DNA of 64,000 nucleotides, taken from the NCBI RefSeq assembly GCF_009834535.1, contig NC_045728.1, positions 7,564,001 to 7,628,000 on the forward strand, read 5' to 3'. Positions 1-10,900 of the stretch are shown here, piece after piece (within the stretch, counting starts at the first letter, position 1; each line of letters starts with the position of its first letter). Source of the stretch: Camelus ferus. Taxonomy: Eukaryota. The position numbers and the translations under genes are program-made. The notes beneath the pieces were generated by a model. It saw only the letters and a list, made by a program, of their open reading frames with translations. It made no database searches and was not told where the DNA came from.

Positions 1-11
1 TGAGCTGATTT

Positions 12-42
12 CTAATGTACCTTTTTTTCTCCATGTCCACAG
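12..42 (+). promoter_or_regulatory. 3' splice acceptor of the 5'-UTR intron of the first OR8B-like gene
   Basis: CTAAT branch-like motif, then cctttttttctccatgtccacAG, ending 16 nt before the ATG; this is the usual OR architecture. Confidence 0.65.
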
Positions 43-58
43 AATCCCTTAGTGAAGA

Positions 59-991
59 ATGGCTCCTGGAAATGGTTCTTTTGTGACTGAATTCATTCTG
101 TTGGGTTTAACAGACCAACCAGATCTCCAGCTCCTCTTGTTCCTCCTGTTCCTAGTAATGTATATGGTCAGCGTGTTGGGAAATTTGGGCTTAATGACTC
201 TCATTGGGCTTAGTTCACACCTACACACCCCCATGTACTTTTTCCTCTTCAACTTGTCCTTTGTAGACTTCTGTTATTCTTCAGTATTTACTCCAAAAAT
301 GCTGACGGATTTCTTATCAAAGAAGAATGTTATCTCTTACATGGGGTGCATGACTCAGTTCTACTTTTTCTGTTTTTTTGTCGTTTCTGAATGCTATGTC
401 CTGACATCAATGGCCTACGATCGCTATGTGGCCATCTGTCGCCCACTGTTGTATAACATTGCCATGTCCCCTGCAGTGTGTTCTAGGCTTGTGCTTGGTT
501 CATACTTGATGGCATTTTTTGATACCATGACGCTCACTGGATGTCTGCTGAGACTGACCTTCTGTGATGCAAATACCATCAACCATTATTTTTGTGACAT
601 CCTCCCTCTACTCCAGCTCTCCTGCACAGGCACCTATGTCAGTGAGCTGGCGGTTTTCATTGTGGGAGGCATCAACATAATTTTTCCCAGTCTCACCATC
701 TCTGTCTCGTATGGTCTCATCCTGTCCAGCATCCTCCGCATAAGTTCCAGGGAGGGCAGGTCCAAAGCCTTCAGTACCTGCAGCTCCCACGTAGTTGTTG
801 TTTTTCTGTTCTTTGGATCGGGTGCATTTATGTATCTTAAACCATCTTCTGCTAGGTCTATGGATGAGGGGAAAATCTCTTCTGTCTTCTACACGAATGT
901 GGTTCCCATGATTAACCCCTTCATCTACAGTTTGCGGAACAAAGATGTTAAAATTGCTCTGAGAAAAACCCTGGAGGGGAGAAAATTTTGA
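59..991 (+). CDS. Olfactory receptor, class II, OR8B-like, intact (310 aa)
   Basis: Intronless ORF with the OR motifs [30 protein letters not shown] and [15 protein letters not shown]; N-glycosylation sequon NGS; pyrimidine tract plus AG acceptor at 41-42. Subfamily assigned from recalled OR8B sequences. Confidence 0.95.
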   Translation: MAPGNGSFVTEFILLGLTDQPDLQLLLFLLFLVMYMVSVLGNLGLMTLIGLSSHLHTPMYFFLFNLSFVDFCYSSVFTPKMLTDFLSKKNVISYMGCMTQFYFFCFFVVSECYVLTSMAYDRYVAICRPLLYNIAMSPAVCSRLVLGSYLMAFFDTMTLTGCLLRLTFCDANTINHYFCDILPLLQLSCTGTYVSELAVFIVGGINIIFPSLTISVSYGLILSSILRISSREGRSKAFSTCSSHVVVVFLFFGSGAFMYLKPSSARSMDEGKISSVFYTNVVPMINPFIYSLRNKDVKIALRKTLEGRKF

Positions 992-1611
992 TTAGAATCA
1001 GTGTCTTTGTGCAGGTAGTCACAGGGCAAGAGATTCCATTTTTTAATTAAATATTTTTAGTGATAGTCTTCTTATTTCTGTCTCACCATGGGGAAAGAAA
1101 TTTAATCTTCTCTCAATCTGTTTCCAGTTTTTTAGAGTAGGTCTTCCTCCTTTCATTTCCATTTTATCTCCTTTAGTTTGTTTTTTCTATTTAAGAATAA
1201 CATTAGGAAAAAAAATTATCTTTGTCTTTTTTCTATTGTCATTATGGTCTTTCTTTTTTCCTTGTGGAAAAAGGTGAGTTGTCCCACTGATGATCGATAT
1301 AGTAACACTAATGTGACTTTTTGCATTTGGGGGGCAGTTTCTAAACTGCCACTTGTAATGTGCTATTAGAAGCATGAATCAGGTAGTCTGTCCTTCTCTC
1401 TTCCCCCAACAGTGATCAGGAATATGACCCATTTAAATGCCAGTGTTTCACAATTATAGCCAATTTCATAAGGACTATCAAATATACCCCACTTTGCAGC
1501 TGTAATCACCACCATACATTAAGCTTCTTTCTTGTTTACTTCATAGATTTTATATTTGCCTTCTGCATTCAAAGTGGCACATTAGATTGTCAATATATAT
1601 TTATTACATGA

Positions 1612-1730
1612 AGAGAATACCGAAACTCAGAGAAGTTAATGATTTACTTAAAGTCACACAACTTCTTCATGAAAAAGTCTAGAATAGGTATTAGCCACCT
1701 GACTTTCAGTCTACCACTCTTTGTAGTATA
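1612..1730 (-). mobile_element. MIR SINE fragment
   Basis: gaaactcagagaagttaatgatttacttaaagtcacacaac resembles the reverse complement of the MIR core. Confidence 0.6.
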
Positions 1731-3189
1731 CTTTCTATTTTATTTTTATTTTAGTGAACATGAAATATGAGAAAACATCTCTGTTTTAAAAGCTGACTTC
1801 ATACAAAAAATAAAGTGAAATGTTTTCTCTGTAATCCAGAGAACAGGGCATGGCAGGGAAAAATTCCCAGGAACATGTCCTTAGTCTGTCACCCAAAAGC
1901 ACACCCAAAAGGCCAATAAATGAGAGGCTCCTCATTAGGAAATGGCAGTAAGGTTTAGAAACCACAGTTCATTTTGAACTTGTATCCTAGTCTGTAGAGC
2001 TCTGTAATTATCCTCCACTTTCCATAGCTTTGATTAAAGCTTATAATACACGATGAACACACATTAGCAGTGGTTTTGGGAACGAAGCCCAGTGGCTATG
2101 GCCACATTGTTGCGGAACCAGGTAGACAGAAGACAGCATCTTTAGGAGAAGAACTAGAGTGATTGGTAATCAAAACTCAAGTTAGAAAATAGACTGATGA
2201 GGAAAGAAAGCCCTTTTGATGACCTTCTTCTCCTATTTGGAAGGCTCTAAAAATATTATGGGTATCACAGGATATCTTTGGATGTGATGAAATCTTAAGT
2301 TATTTGATATTTAAAAAGCTAAACCCATAGGACTGGTGGACATGGAAACAACAAAATTACTCTTGGTTTGTTGGCTTTATTCTTATTTGGATTTTAAAGT
2401 ACAAAATCCCCAAATCGTAGCTGGGAGAGCAATGACAATTTGAAATAAATAATTGATGAATAAACTAATTTTTACAACATCTTTTTAAAAGTAATGTTGA
2501 GTTATTTTTCTTTAGAGAAAACAGGCAAAATTATGACCACTCAAAACCCTTAATACGATGTGTCAAGAGACAATTTAAACGTGTTCTAAGGTAACTACAA
2601 TAGCATTTACTACTTTACTGCTCTCTAATCCCCACTCGGTATGTAGGCGTTTTGAAATTTAGCATAGCTGGGTTGCTGGCTTGCTTGTTTGTTTTTAGAT
2701 GTTCAGTGTTGCTAAATCCCTGACTTATGGTTTTAAATGACTACTGATACTCCAGCCCCTGATCCAATATTAATATATCTGATTTTCCCTTAACATAGTT
2801 CTATTTGTATGAAACAGTTGGTCTTGGCTGAATTTTTCATTTGCTTTTCTTTTGATAATAGTCTGTTGTTTTGATAAAATTGTTTTTTATGTTGAAAGAA
2901 AAGTGTATCTTAATAGATAAATAATACCTGTGTTATTTGGGAATCTTTTTAGACATTGCAGAGTGTGTTCAGTCCATTATATATTTTATTACTATTTGAA
3001 CTGGCCCAAAGAGTGGATTAAAACTTGTAATTATTCCTTTATTTGATGAGACTCAAAATACAAATGAAATCTGTTTAAATTTCTGAAAAAACTATTTTTT
3101 AATTAGGTTTTATTCTTTCAGATTATTTTGAAAAAGGTTAAACAGAAAAACAGATATACATACATATTGTAAAAGTTAAGCGTGGCAAA

Positions 3190-3720
3190 ATTTTAATAGA
3201 GGAAAGATAATATTTTTGTTAGTGCATTTAAGTGTTGTATAGCTAATTCTTTAATCCATTTGAGTTAGTTTTTGTGTCTGGTGTAAGATACTGGTCTAAT
3301 TTTATTCTTTTACATGTCGCTGTTCAATTTTCCCAAACTCATTTAGTGTAGATACTGTCCTTCTACCCATTGTGTGTTCTTTGTTTCTTTGTCANNNNNN
3401 NNNNNNNNNNNNNNNNNNNNNNNNNNNNNNNNNNNNNNNNNNNNNNNNNNNNNNNNNNNNNNNNNNNNNNNNNNNNNNNNNNNNNNNNNNNNNNNNNNNN
3501 NNNNNNNNNNNNNNNNNNNNNNNNNNNNNNNNNNNNNCTAGTTTTGTTCTTCTTTCTCCAGAATTCTTTGGCTATTTGGGGGTGTTTTTCCATCCCTATT
3601 AAAATTCCAATGGTGTTTTTTCATGGAATTAAAACAATAATTATAAAATTTATATTGAAATTATTTAAGTGAGCTTTAGAAGCTTGCATCTTTCAATAAA
3701 TGTATTCACTTAATTGGTTG
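3190..3720 (-). mobile_element. LINE-1 ORF2-region fragment spanning an N gap
   Basis: Antisense L1 ORF2 phrases (ttttattcttttacatgt...ttcccaa; ctttggctattt) on both sides of the gap. Confidence 0.7.
3395..3537. other. Assembly gap (143 N)
   Basis: Run of N. Confidence 1.
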
Positions 3721-4239
3721 TCGAAAGTTTTAGTACCGATTTATTCGTAACATTCCCTTACTTTCCTTTTAGGTCCATAGAATCTGTAGCAACAACCTCT
3801 AATATTTCTGTATTATGATGTTTGCCTTTCTCTTTCTTTGCTTAATCCGTCTGGCCACAGGATTATCACCCTTATTAATCTCAAAAACAGTGTTTAGGTG
3901 AATTGATTTTATAAATTGCTTTTCCCCCTGTTTTACTGCTTTCTGCCATTACATTTATCATTTATTTTTTTCCTGCATATTTTGGGTTTATTTTTATTTT
4001 GTGTGTTTTCATGAGATAAGATATTTGACTTTGACTTTGTCTTTGACTTGAACTATCTCTTCTTTGCCAGTATAGATACTGAGGTGCCTAAATTGCTGTG
4101 CAAACATTTTGTTAAACGATATTGCAAGTATTTTGGTAAGTTTTGTTTTCATTTTCATTAATTTCAGAATGCTTTCTGATATTTCTTTTCATTTCATTTT
4201 TTTTTTAGAACTTAGTAGTATTTTTCTGGTAACAGATTT

Positions 4240-4960
4240 ATTGATATTATTCACATACCATATAATTGTAGAATTAAATAGTTTTCACTTTACTCACTGA
4301 GCTGTACAAACATTGCCACAGTATATTTTAGGACCTTTTCACCATTCCTAAAGGAAATCCCCTACCCTTTAAGCTATCAGTTTCCTATTCCTCACCCTAA
4401 CCCCAGGCAGCCACCAATCTAATTTCTGTCCCTATGGATTTGAATGCTCTGGGTATTTCATATAAATGGAAGAATATAATACGTGGTTTTTGTGTGTGAC
4501 TGGCTTTTCTTGTTTGGCATAATGTTTTCAAGGTTCCTCCATGTTATAAATTTAAAGGCATTTCGTTGTTTTTCTTTTGCATTTGTTGCCAAGTAATACT
4601 TCACTCTGTGGATACACCATGTTTTGTGGTACAAATTCTGTTGAATTACATTTTGTCTAATATTTTTTTCTATTGTCACTAGTATTGTGTTGGTGTCATA
4701 TCCAAGAAATCATTGCCCAACCCTTGATTCCAAAGATTTTCTTAGATATTTTCTTCAATGAATTTTATTATACTACTTCTTACATTTAGATCTACAATTT
4801 ATTTGCAGTTAATTTTGTTTACTGTGCAAGTTAGGGGTCCAGTTTCTTTCCTTTCCATGTGAACATTCTGTTGTCCCAGTACCATTTGTTGAAAAGACTA
4901 CTGTCTCACCACAGAAGAGTCTTGGCATCAATGCCAGGTGGCCGTAAACATGGGGGTTGT
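4240..4960 (-). mobile_element. Old LINE-1 (L1M-type) 3' region
   Basis: ccccaggcagccaccaatct...ctatggatttg and gtcccagtaccatttgttgaaaagact are typical of antisense L1 3'UTR/ORF2. Confidence 0.7.
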
Positions 4961-5320
4961 TTCTGAATTTTCTTCACTGAAATATGAGTTATGTATTTAC
5001 GACTGTCATGAAATTAAATACAGGCAATTTACCTCTACACTTGAGCTCTTCGGTTTTCTTCCACGTGTCATTTGTATAAGTACTTTACTGTATTTGCTTT
5101 CATGGCTTTTTATTCCACTTGGTTAACAGTTAAACACAAAGGTGGGGTGGTGTTAGTTGCTTTCAAGCTACTATTTTCATTAATTTTTATCATTCAGAAC
5201 CAGAAGATTGAAGGTGAGGAGGAAAAAGAAAGAGACTTTAAAATATGCCTCTCCTTGAACTAACTACTCTTTGAAACAGCGGCTTCCTTCAACTCTTGGC
5301 GCTCCTCGAAATAATTCAGA

Positions 5321-5846
5321 TACTGTCTGTAGTCACAGTGCTGTTCATTAGATCCTCAGAACTTACTTGTTTTCTAACTGGAAGTTTCTACTTTTTGACC
5401 AAAATCTCCTCACTTCTCCAACCCACCTTCCCTTGGCAACCACCTTTCTATTCTTTGTTTCTATGAGTTTTAGTTGTTGTTGTTGTTTAAGATTTCACAC
5501 ACATGTTATATCATGCAATATTTGTCTTTCTTTGTTTCTTTTATTTCACTTTAAAACATGTCCTCTAGGACCATCGATGGTATTGCAAAAGGCAAAATTT
5601 CATTCTTTCTCATGACAATAATATTTCATTGTACTTCTATATCACATACTTGAAAGTTGCTAAGAGAGTAGATTTTAAAAGTTCTCACTACCCAAAAAAA
5701 GGTAGTATGTAGCTTGATGGGGGTGTTAGGTAACACTGCAGTGGTAATCACATGGCAGTAGATACTTATCAAATCAACACATTGTAAACCTTAAAGCTAC
5801 CAGTGTTACATGTCAGTTATACCTCAATATATTTGGAGGGAAAAAA
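5321..5846. mobile_element. L1MA9-like 3' end with an inverted 5' segment (minus about 5321-5640, plus about 5645-5846)
   Basis: The left part is antisense 3'UTR; the right part is sense ttgaaagttgctaagagagtagattttaaaagttctc to a short A tail; degraded TSD aaataattcaga / aaagaattcaaa. Confidence 0.7.
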
Positions 5847-6079
5847 GAATTCAAATTCTCATGTTGAGATAAAGGCAAGTGAAGGGAAAATGCAAAGTAA
5901 TTACCTAGCTTTTCTTCCACCATATTAAAATTTATTATATTTTTGCAGTTTTAAAAACAATACTTATATATCAAGGATCTTTACTTGATTTTAAAAAATA
6001 TACTAAAGCCTTCTTGGGATATTTCTTAGAGCAATTTCTTTTTTCTTTTAAATTAATTCAAATATTGTCTAAGAGAAAA

Positions 6080-6310
6080 GTCCCCATCAGAGGGAGCTGT
6101 TTACTTAGAATATAGCTGAGACAAGTTCCAAAAGGATAATTCCCCTCACTGACAGGGACTGTTTTAGACCACATAACTGTCCCTTAATTCACATCCCATA
6201 ATTCATAGGGAGAATTAACACAGTTCAGTTTTCACACACTGTTGTAGTTCTCATACAGAAGAAAGCCTTACTTTAGGACAGTTGAAATTGTAAGACTTTC
6301 CCCTCAAGAC
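6080..6310. promoter_or_regulatory. Cluster of O/E(EBF)-like and homeodomain (TAAT) motifs; candidate OR enhancer
   Basis: ataattcccctc (6136), ataattcatagggagaattaa (6198-6218), atcagagggag, tttcccctcaag, in non-repetitive sequence. Confidence 0.35.
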
Positions 6311-6699
6311 CTAGTGTTCCCAAATTCTTTCCTTTACCAAGAGCTATGCTATTGACGGTGTGGACAATTTATGAACTAGCAAATCTCAGAGGAAACATTT
6401 TTCCTATAAGTCATTGATAGGACATTTGATACCCAAAACGGGGTAAATCTCAGATTACTGTACTTCTCTTTAAATTATACAGGTACTGTGAAACTCTTTG
6501 CCTAAACACACAAACAAAAAGTAACACAGAGCATGAGAGAAATTCATATATCACTCTGCAGCAAAGAACAGTCAACCTCACACTGAAATATTTTCTCATC
6601 CTACAGTCTTACCGAAAAGAATATACTGTAATGAAATAGATGTAAGTAGACTATAGAGAATAGTAGAGTAGAAATTGGAAGGGTAAGAGTGCAGTCTCA

Positions 6700-6790
6700 A
6701 CCTTTTCTTTATGAAGCTGTGTGACTTTAAGTAAGTTATTAACCATTCTGAGCTTCATTTTCCCATCTATGAATGAATCTTTTCTGACGG
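6700..6790 (+). mobile_element. MIR SINE fragment
   Basis: gtgactttaagtaagttattaaccattctgagcttcattttcccatctat matches the MIR core. Confidence 0.7.
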
Positions 6791-7430
6791 CCTGTTATGT
6801 CCTGGTTTCGCTGTACAAAGGTCAAAAGGAAAACTCTGCTGAAATAAGCTTGATGCAAAATATTTACGGTGCAAAATGGATTCTAGTCAGTAGTCTTAAA
6901 GGAACCTTCAATGTCTGGCATTTAAAGGAGACATATTCTTCCCACAGAATGCAAAGATGGGGGTAGAAACAGAGTACCTGATTCATGCTTCTATTAGCAA
7001 TAAGTGCACCTCCAGTAAAACAGTGTCGCTCTGGTATTACCTAGCTCATTTTTCTTTCACTCAGCTCATTGATCTCTTAATCATTGATCTCTCATTAGAT
7101 AAAGGGTCTCAAATTTGATTGTTTGGAGACCATTTCCTCTTTCTAATAAAAATTTTAAAAGTTCTAAATGACAATGGTAAAAAAGGAGACAAAGTATTTG
7201 TAATTTGGTGTTTATTACTAAGCAGGAAAAATGATGGAGTAGATATTGTGCAAGTGGTTAGAAAGAAGTCTCGGCTATAAAAATTGGAATAGGTTATTGA
7301 GAGAAGGCACAAATTGTCTTAATCATGTTCAGAAAAAAAATAGCATTAAAAAGCTGTCAGTAAAATATTTAATTAAACACACAGAATCTCCCTGTCCTGT
7401 AACTAGCTGCACTACACAGATGCTTTCTGA

Positions 7431-8354
7431 TCAAAACGTTTTCCTACTCAGGGTTTTCCTCGGAGCAAGTTTTACGTCTTTGTTCCTCAAGCTGTAAATT
7501 AGGGGGTTCAGCAAGGGAACCATATTGGTGTAAAAGACAGAAGAGATTTTTCCTTCATCCATAGACACAGAAGAAGATGGTTTGAGATACATAAATGCAA
7601 TTGCTCCAAAGAAGAGAGAAACAGCAGTTATATGGGAACTGCAGGTACTGAAGGCTTTGGACCTGGAGCTGATATGGAGGATGTTGGAGAGGATGAAACC
7701 ATAAGTGACAAGTATGGTGATACTGGGCACAGTGACATCGATTCCGGCTATAATGGAAGCTACCAGCTCGGGGGTATAGGTGCTGGTGCAGGAGAGCTGG
7801 AGCAGAGGGAAAATGTCACAGAAGTAGTGGTTGATGGTACTTGCATCACAGAAAGCCAATCTTAGCATGCATCCAGGGAGAGCCATGGCACCAGAAGATG
7901 CCAGGAGGTGTGAACCAAGCATAATGCTGGAACACACTTTAGGAGACATGGAAATGTTGTACATAAGTGGGTGACAGATGGCCACATACCGATCATAAGC
8001 CATTGCTGTCAGCACATAGCACTCAGAGATACCAAAAAAACTGAAAAAGTAAAGCTGGGTCATGCACCCCGTGTAGGAGATAATATTCTTCTTTGATATG
8101 AAGTTAATCAGCATTTTGGGTGTGAATACAGAAGAATAACAGAGATCGATGAAGGACAAATTAAAGAGGAAAAAGTACATGGGGGTGTGGAGGTGTGAAT
8201 TCAGCCCAATTAGGATTATCAAGCCCAAATTTCCCAACACAGTGACCATATACATTACTAGAAACAGGAAGAACAGAGGGAGCTGGAGATCTGGTTGGTC
8301 TGTTAATCCCACCAAAATGAATTCAGTCACGAAAGAGCCATTTCCAGGAGCCAT
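7431..8354 (-). CDS. Olfactory receptor, OR8B-like, open frame (307 aa) with a 3-codon deletion in IC3
   Basis: True ATG at 8354 (MAPGNGSF...); the ORF track starts at an upstream GTG. All OR motifs are present, but [12 protein letters not shown] lacks EGR. Acceptor AG at 8373-8372. Confidence 0.9.
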   Translation of the reverse strand: MAPGNGSFVTEFILVGLTDQPDLQLPLFFLFLVMYMVTVLGNLGLIILIGLNSHLHTPMYFFLFNLSFIDLCYSSVFTPKMLINFISKKNIISYTGCMTQLYFFSFFGISECYVLTAMAYDRYVAICHPLMYNISMSPKVCSSIMLGSHLLASSGAMALPGCMLRLAFCDASTINHYFCDIFPLLQLSCTSTYTPELVASIIAGIDVTVPSITILVTYGFILSNILHISSRSKAFSTCSSHITAVSLFFGAIAFMYLKPSSSVSMDEGKISSVFYTNMVPLLNPLIYSLRNKDVKLAPRKTLSRKTF

Positions 8355-9289
8355 CCTCTCTCTGAGGACATCTGTGAGCACAGGAGAAAAGGGTTACACA
8401 GAGGACAAACTCCCTTTCCCATAACATTTTCTCATACAGTGTGATGTGTGTGCTGGGAATGACTGATACTAGCTCAACCTGGGCTCACAGAATTTCTCTA
8501 CCGTTAACATGAAAAAGAGTGGCATGAACTTTCCCTTTTAAAGTCTTTCTAAGCTAAGTAGCATAAAGCATCAAAATTTGACCTGTGGAGTGAAGGAAGC
8601 TGCTGCCATGTGCAGATGTAACTATTGGAAAAACCGAAAGGAGTAGGGAAAAGAAGTTTGGACCAGGACAGAATTTTCCTTCTCTCATTTCACCGTTTCT
8701 TCAATCCCCTGGACCCTCCCTCTCCAGTAAAACCAGAGGCAGCAACCCCAAAAGCCTGGTGCTTGACTGTGATGCAGATTATTCCTGATGGGGTAGAAGC
8801 CAAGAAGATTGTTTCTAATCAGAAAAGAGGGGAAGGAACCAAAGTCTAGGAAAGGGGCCAAAGTCACAGAGTAAAAGCTATAAATGAGCAGAATGAGCGT
8901 TCCATCCAAGGAGAGGGAACCTACTGACTGAGAAACTCCATCCCCTGAATGATTCTGAACATTCCCTGCTCTCCCCTCAAACGGATTTCTCTGCAAGATT
9001 CACCCTAGTGTTAGGTCTGCAAAAATGGGAAAGAAAGTGTCATGTCTTAGGTCCTCAGTCTTCCATCTCAAACAAGGAAAACACGAACTGTGTTGTCCCT
9101 TCAGTACCGTTAAGGTGGAAAAACAGAAAGGAAATATTTGTGCATGTACACTCACACACATTTTTCTGTAAAAATAGTGACATGCTAAAAATACAATACT
9201 CAATAAGACAAATTGCTACTCTCATAACGCTTACATTCTACCATGTAGGTGTGTCAGTAAACCAACAAAGAAATAGATACAGAACTTAG

Positions 9290-9450
9290 AGTCAAGCAAT
9301 GAGAAATACCTGAAGAAAATAAAGCCGCGTAAGGAAAGGGGTTGGAAATTAGAGAGGGCAGTCAAGGAGTACACTCCAGAGAGGTGACACGTGAGCTGAG
9401 TCCTGAATGAAGTGAGGGACTCTTGAAGGAGGTCATCGGGAGAAGGGCAC
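9290..9450 (-). mobile_element. L2 fragment
   Basis: gagaggtgacacgtgagctgagtcctgaatgaagtgaggga is typical antisense L2. Confidence 0.55.
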
Positions 9451-9451
9451 C

Positions 9452-9812
9452 ACTGGTTGACCTGCAAGCTTCACCCAGGCACTCAGAGGTCCCTCACCCC
9501 CTTGCCTGTCCTTGGAATGTATGTTCTGCCCATGATTCCCACAGTGGGAGCCATTTTCAAGGATGCAGCCTTTAGAGAGCAATGTGTGATGGAGACCATT
9601 TGGACAGCATATGTGACTGAACCCTGTTAAGACCCTATATAAACTTTCAAGATTCTTTTTGGTGAGTGTGAGGATCTACTGCCACATGGCCACTCAAGAC
9701 AAGCCTCGTAGCTTATTAAACCTGCCACCTACCAGTCGGAGGTGGTCTGCCTCTTTCCTCAGTCTCTCCTTGTCCTCTGTGTATGGGAGCCAGTTTGTGA
9801 ACCAGCAGAGGA
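9452..9812 (+). mobile_element. Partial ERV-type solo LTR
   Basis: TATA (ctatataaac 9635-9644), ATTAAA at 9715-9720 and a CT-rich U5-like tail; nested between two L2 pieces. Confidence 0.5.
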
Positions 9813-9829
9813 GCAGCCCTGCCGGTGTT

Positions 9830-10140
9830 TGTATAAAGACTGGCAAAGTGGGTGAAGGTGTCAAAAGGCACAAACCTTCGGTTGTAAGATAATAGTCCTG
9901 AGGGTATAACGTACAACGTGGTGACTATAGTTAGCAATGCTGTAGCATATATTTGAAAGTTGCTAAACGAGTAGGTTTTAAAGGCTCTCATGACAAGAAA
10001 CAAATTGTAACTAGGTGAGGTGACAGGTGTTAAATAAACTTAGTGCAAGAATAATTTTGTAATATATGCATATATCAAATCATCATGGTGTACACCTAAA
10101 ACTAATACAATGTTATATGTCATTTATGTCTAGGTAAAAC
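9830..10140 (+). mobile_element. L1MA9/L1MB-like 3' end
   Basis: gggtgaaggtgtcaaaaggcacaaac...gtgactatagttag...ttgaaagttgctaa...aaactaatacaatgttatatgtc follows the L1MA9-type 3'UTR. Confidence 0.8.
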
Positions 10141-10900
10141 TCTGGGAGAAGCTTGTTCAGTGCAGAGGGAACGTCAGGTGTAAAGGCTCTGAGACAGAGC
10201 ATGCTTGGCATGTTGGAGAAACGCCAGAAGGCCAGTGTGGCTGGACCAGATGGAGCCAGGAAGACAATGGTAAGTGGAGGCTCTGCGCCAGATGCAGAAC
10301 TTGGTAAAAGATGTGACTCTTAATTTTGGGTTTGATGGGGCAATGTTGGAGAGTTTGCAGAAAGTGGAGTATTACACATTCAAATGCATGTTTAGAAGGA
10401 TCTCTCAGGCTTTGGTTACTTTGTCATGAATGTTTATTATGGAGTGTAGAAGTAGATTCATGAAATCAGGAAACACAGTGTGCTTCCATTGAGAGAGGAT
10501 TGCTGGGGTCAGCCTGGTAATGATGGAGATGTTAAAATTATTGAGAAAAACCTAGTCTGGATGACATTTGCTTACAAGTTGGCTAAGGAAATCTGAGCAA
10601 GAGTGGCAGGGATGGCATCCAGGATATTGTTCTGAGATTGGATCAGTGGTGGTGTTGGAAAAGCAGTTTTTGGAGGTGTTTCTGTTCTGCACATTTTAAT
10701 TTTGATGTCTATAATATGATCAAATGGATATGCTGAATAGGAGATTGGCTATATGTGTTTGGAGTTCAGAGGAGAGGTCTGGCTTGGACATTGTTTTCTG
10801 AATAATTAATGCGCATAGGATACTAAAAACCAAGAACTGGATGAGATCACCTAGGTATGATGTGTACAAACGTTAAAACAGTGCCTGGCATGTAAAAAGT
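10141..10900 (-). mobile_element. L2 fragment
   Basis: cagagggaacgtcaggtgtaaaggctctgag...aaggccagtgtggctgga...gagaggtctggcttgga...actggatgagatcacctagg. Confidence 0.7.

Noticed and set aside
49-790. Short antisense ORFs over OR genes (49-252, 608-790, and likewise 7632-7865, 8149-8424, 28549-28740, 43819-44157, 48386-48928)
   Set aside because: Shadow frames of OR coding sequence; conserved only because the OR is conserved.
1960-2620. Unassigned sequence read as a possible processed pseudogene or viral insert (also 21500-22400 and 26560-26830)
   Set aside because: No recognisable protein motif in hand translations and no convincing poly(A)+TSD pair.
8355-8381. N-terminal extension MLTDVLRER in the ORF track
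   Set aside because: It starts at a GTG inside the splice-acceptor region; the paralogue shows MAPGN is the real start.
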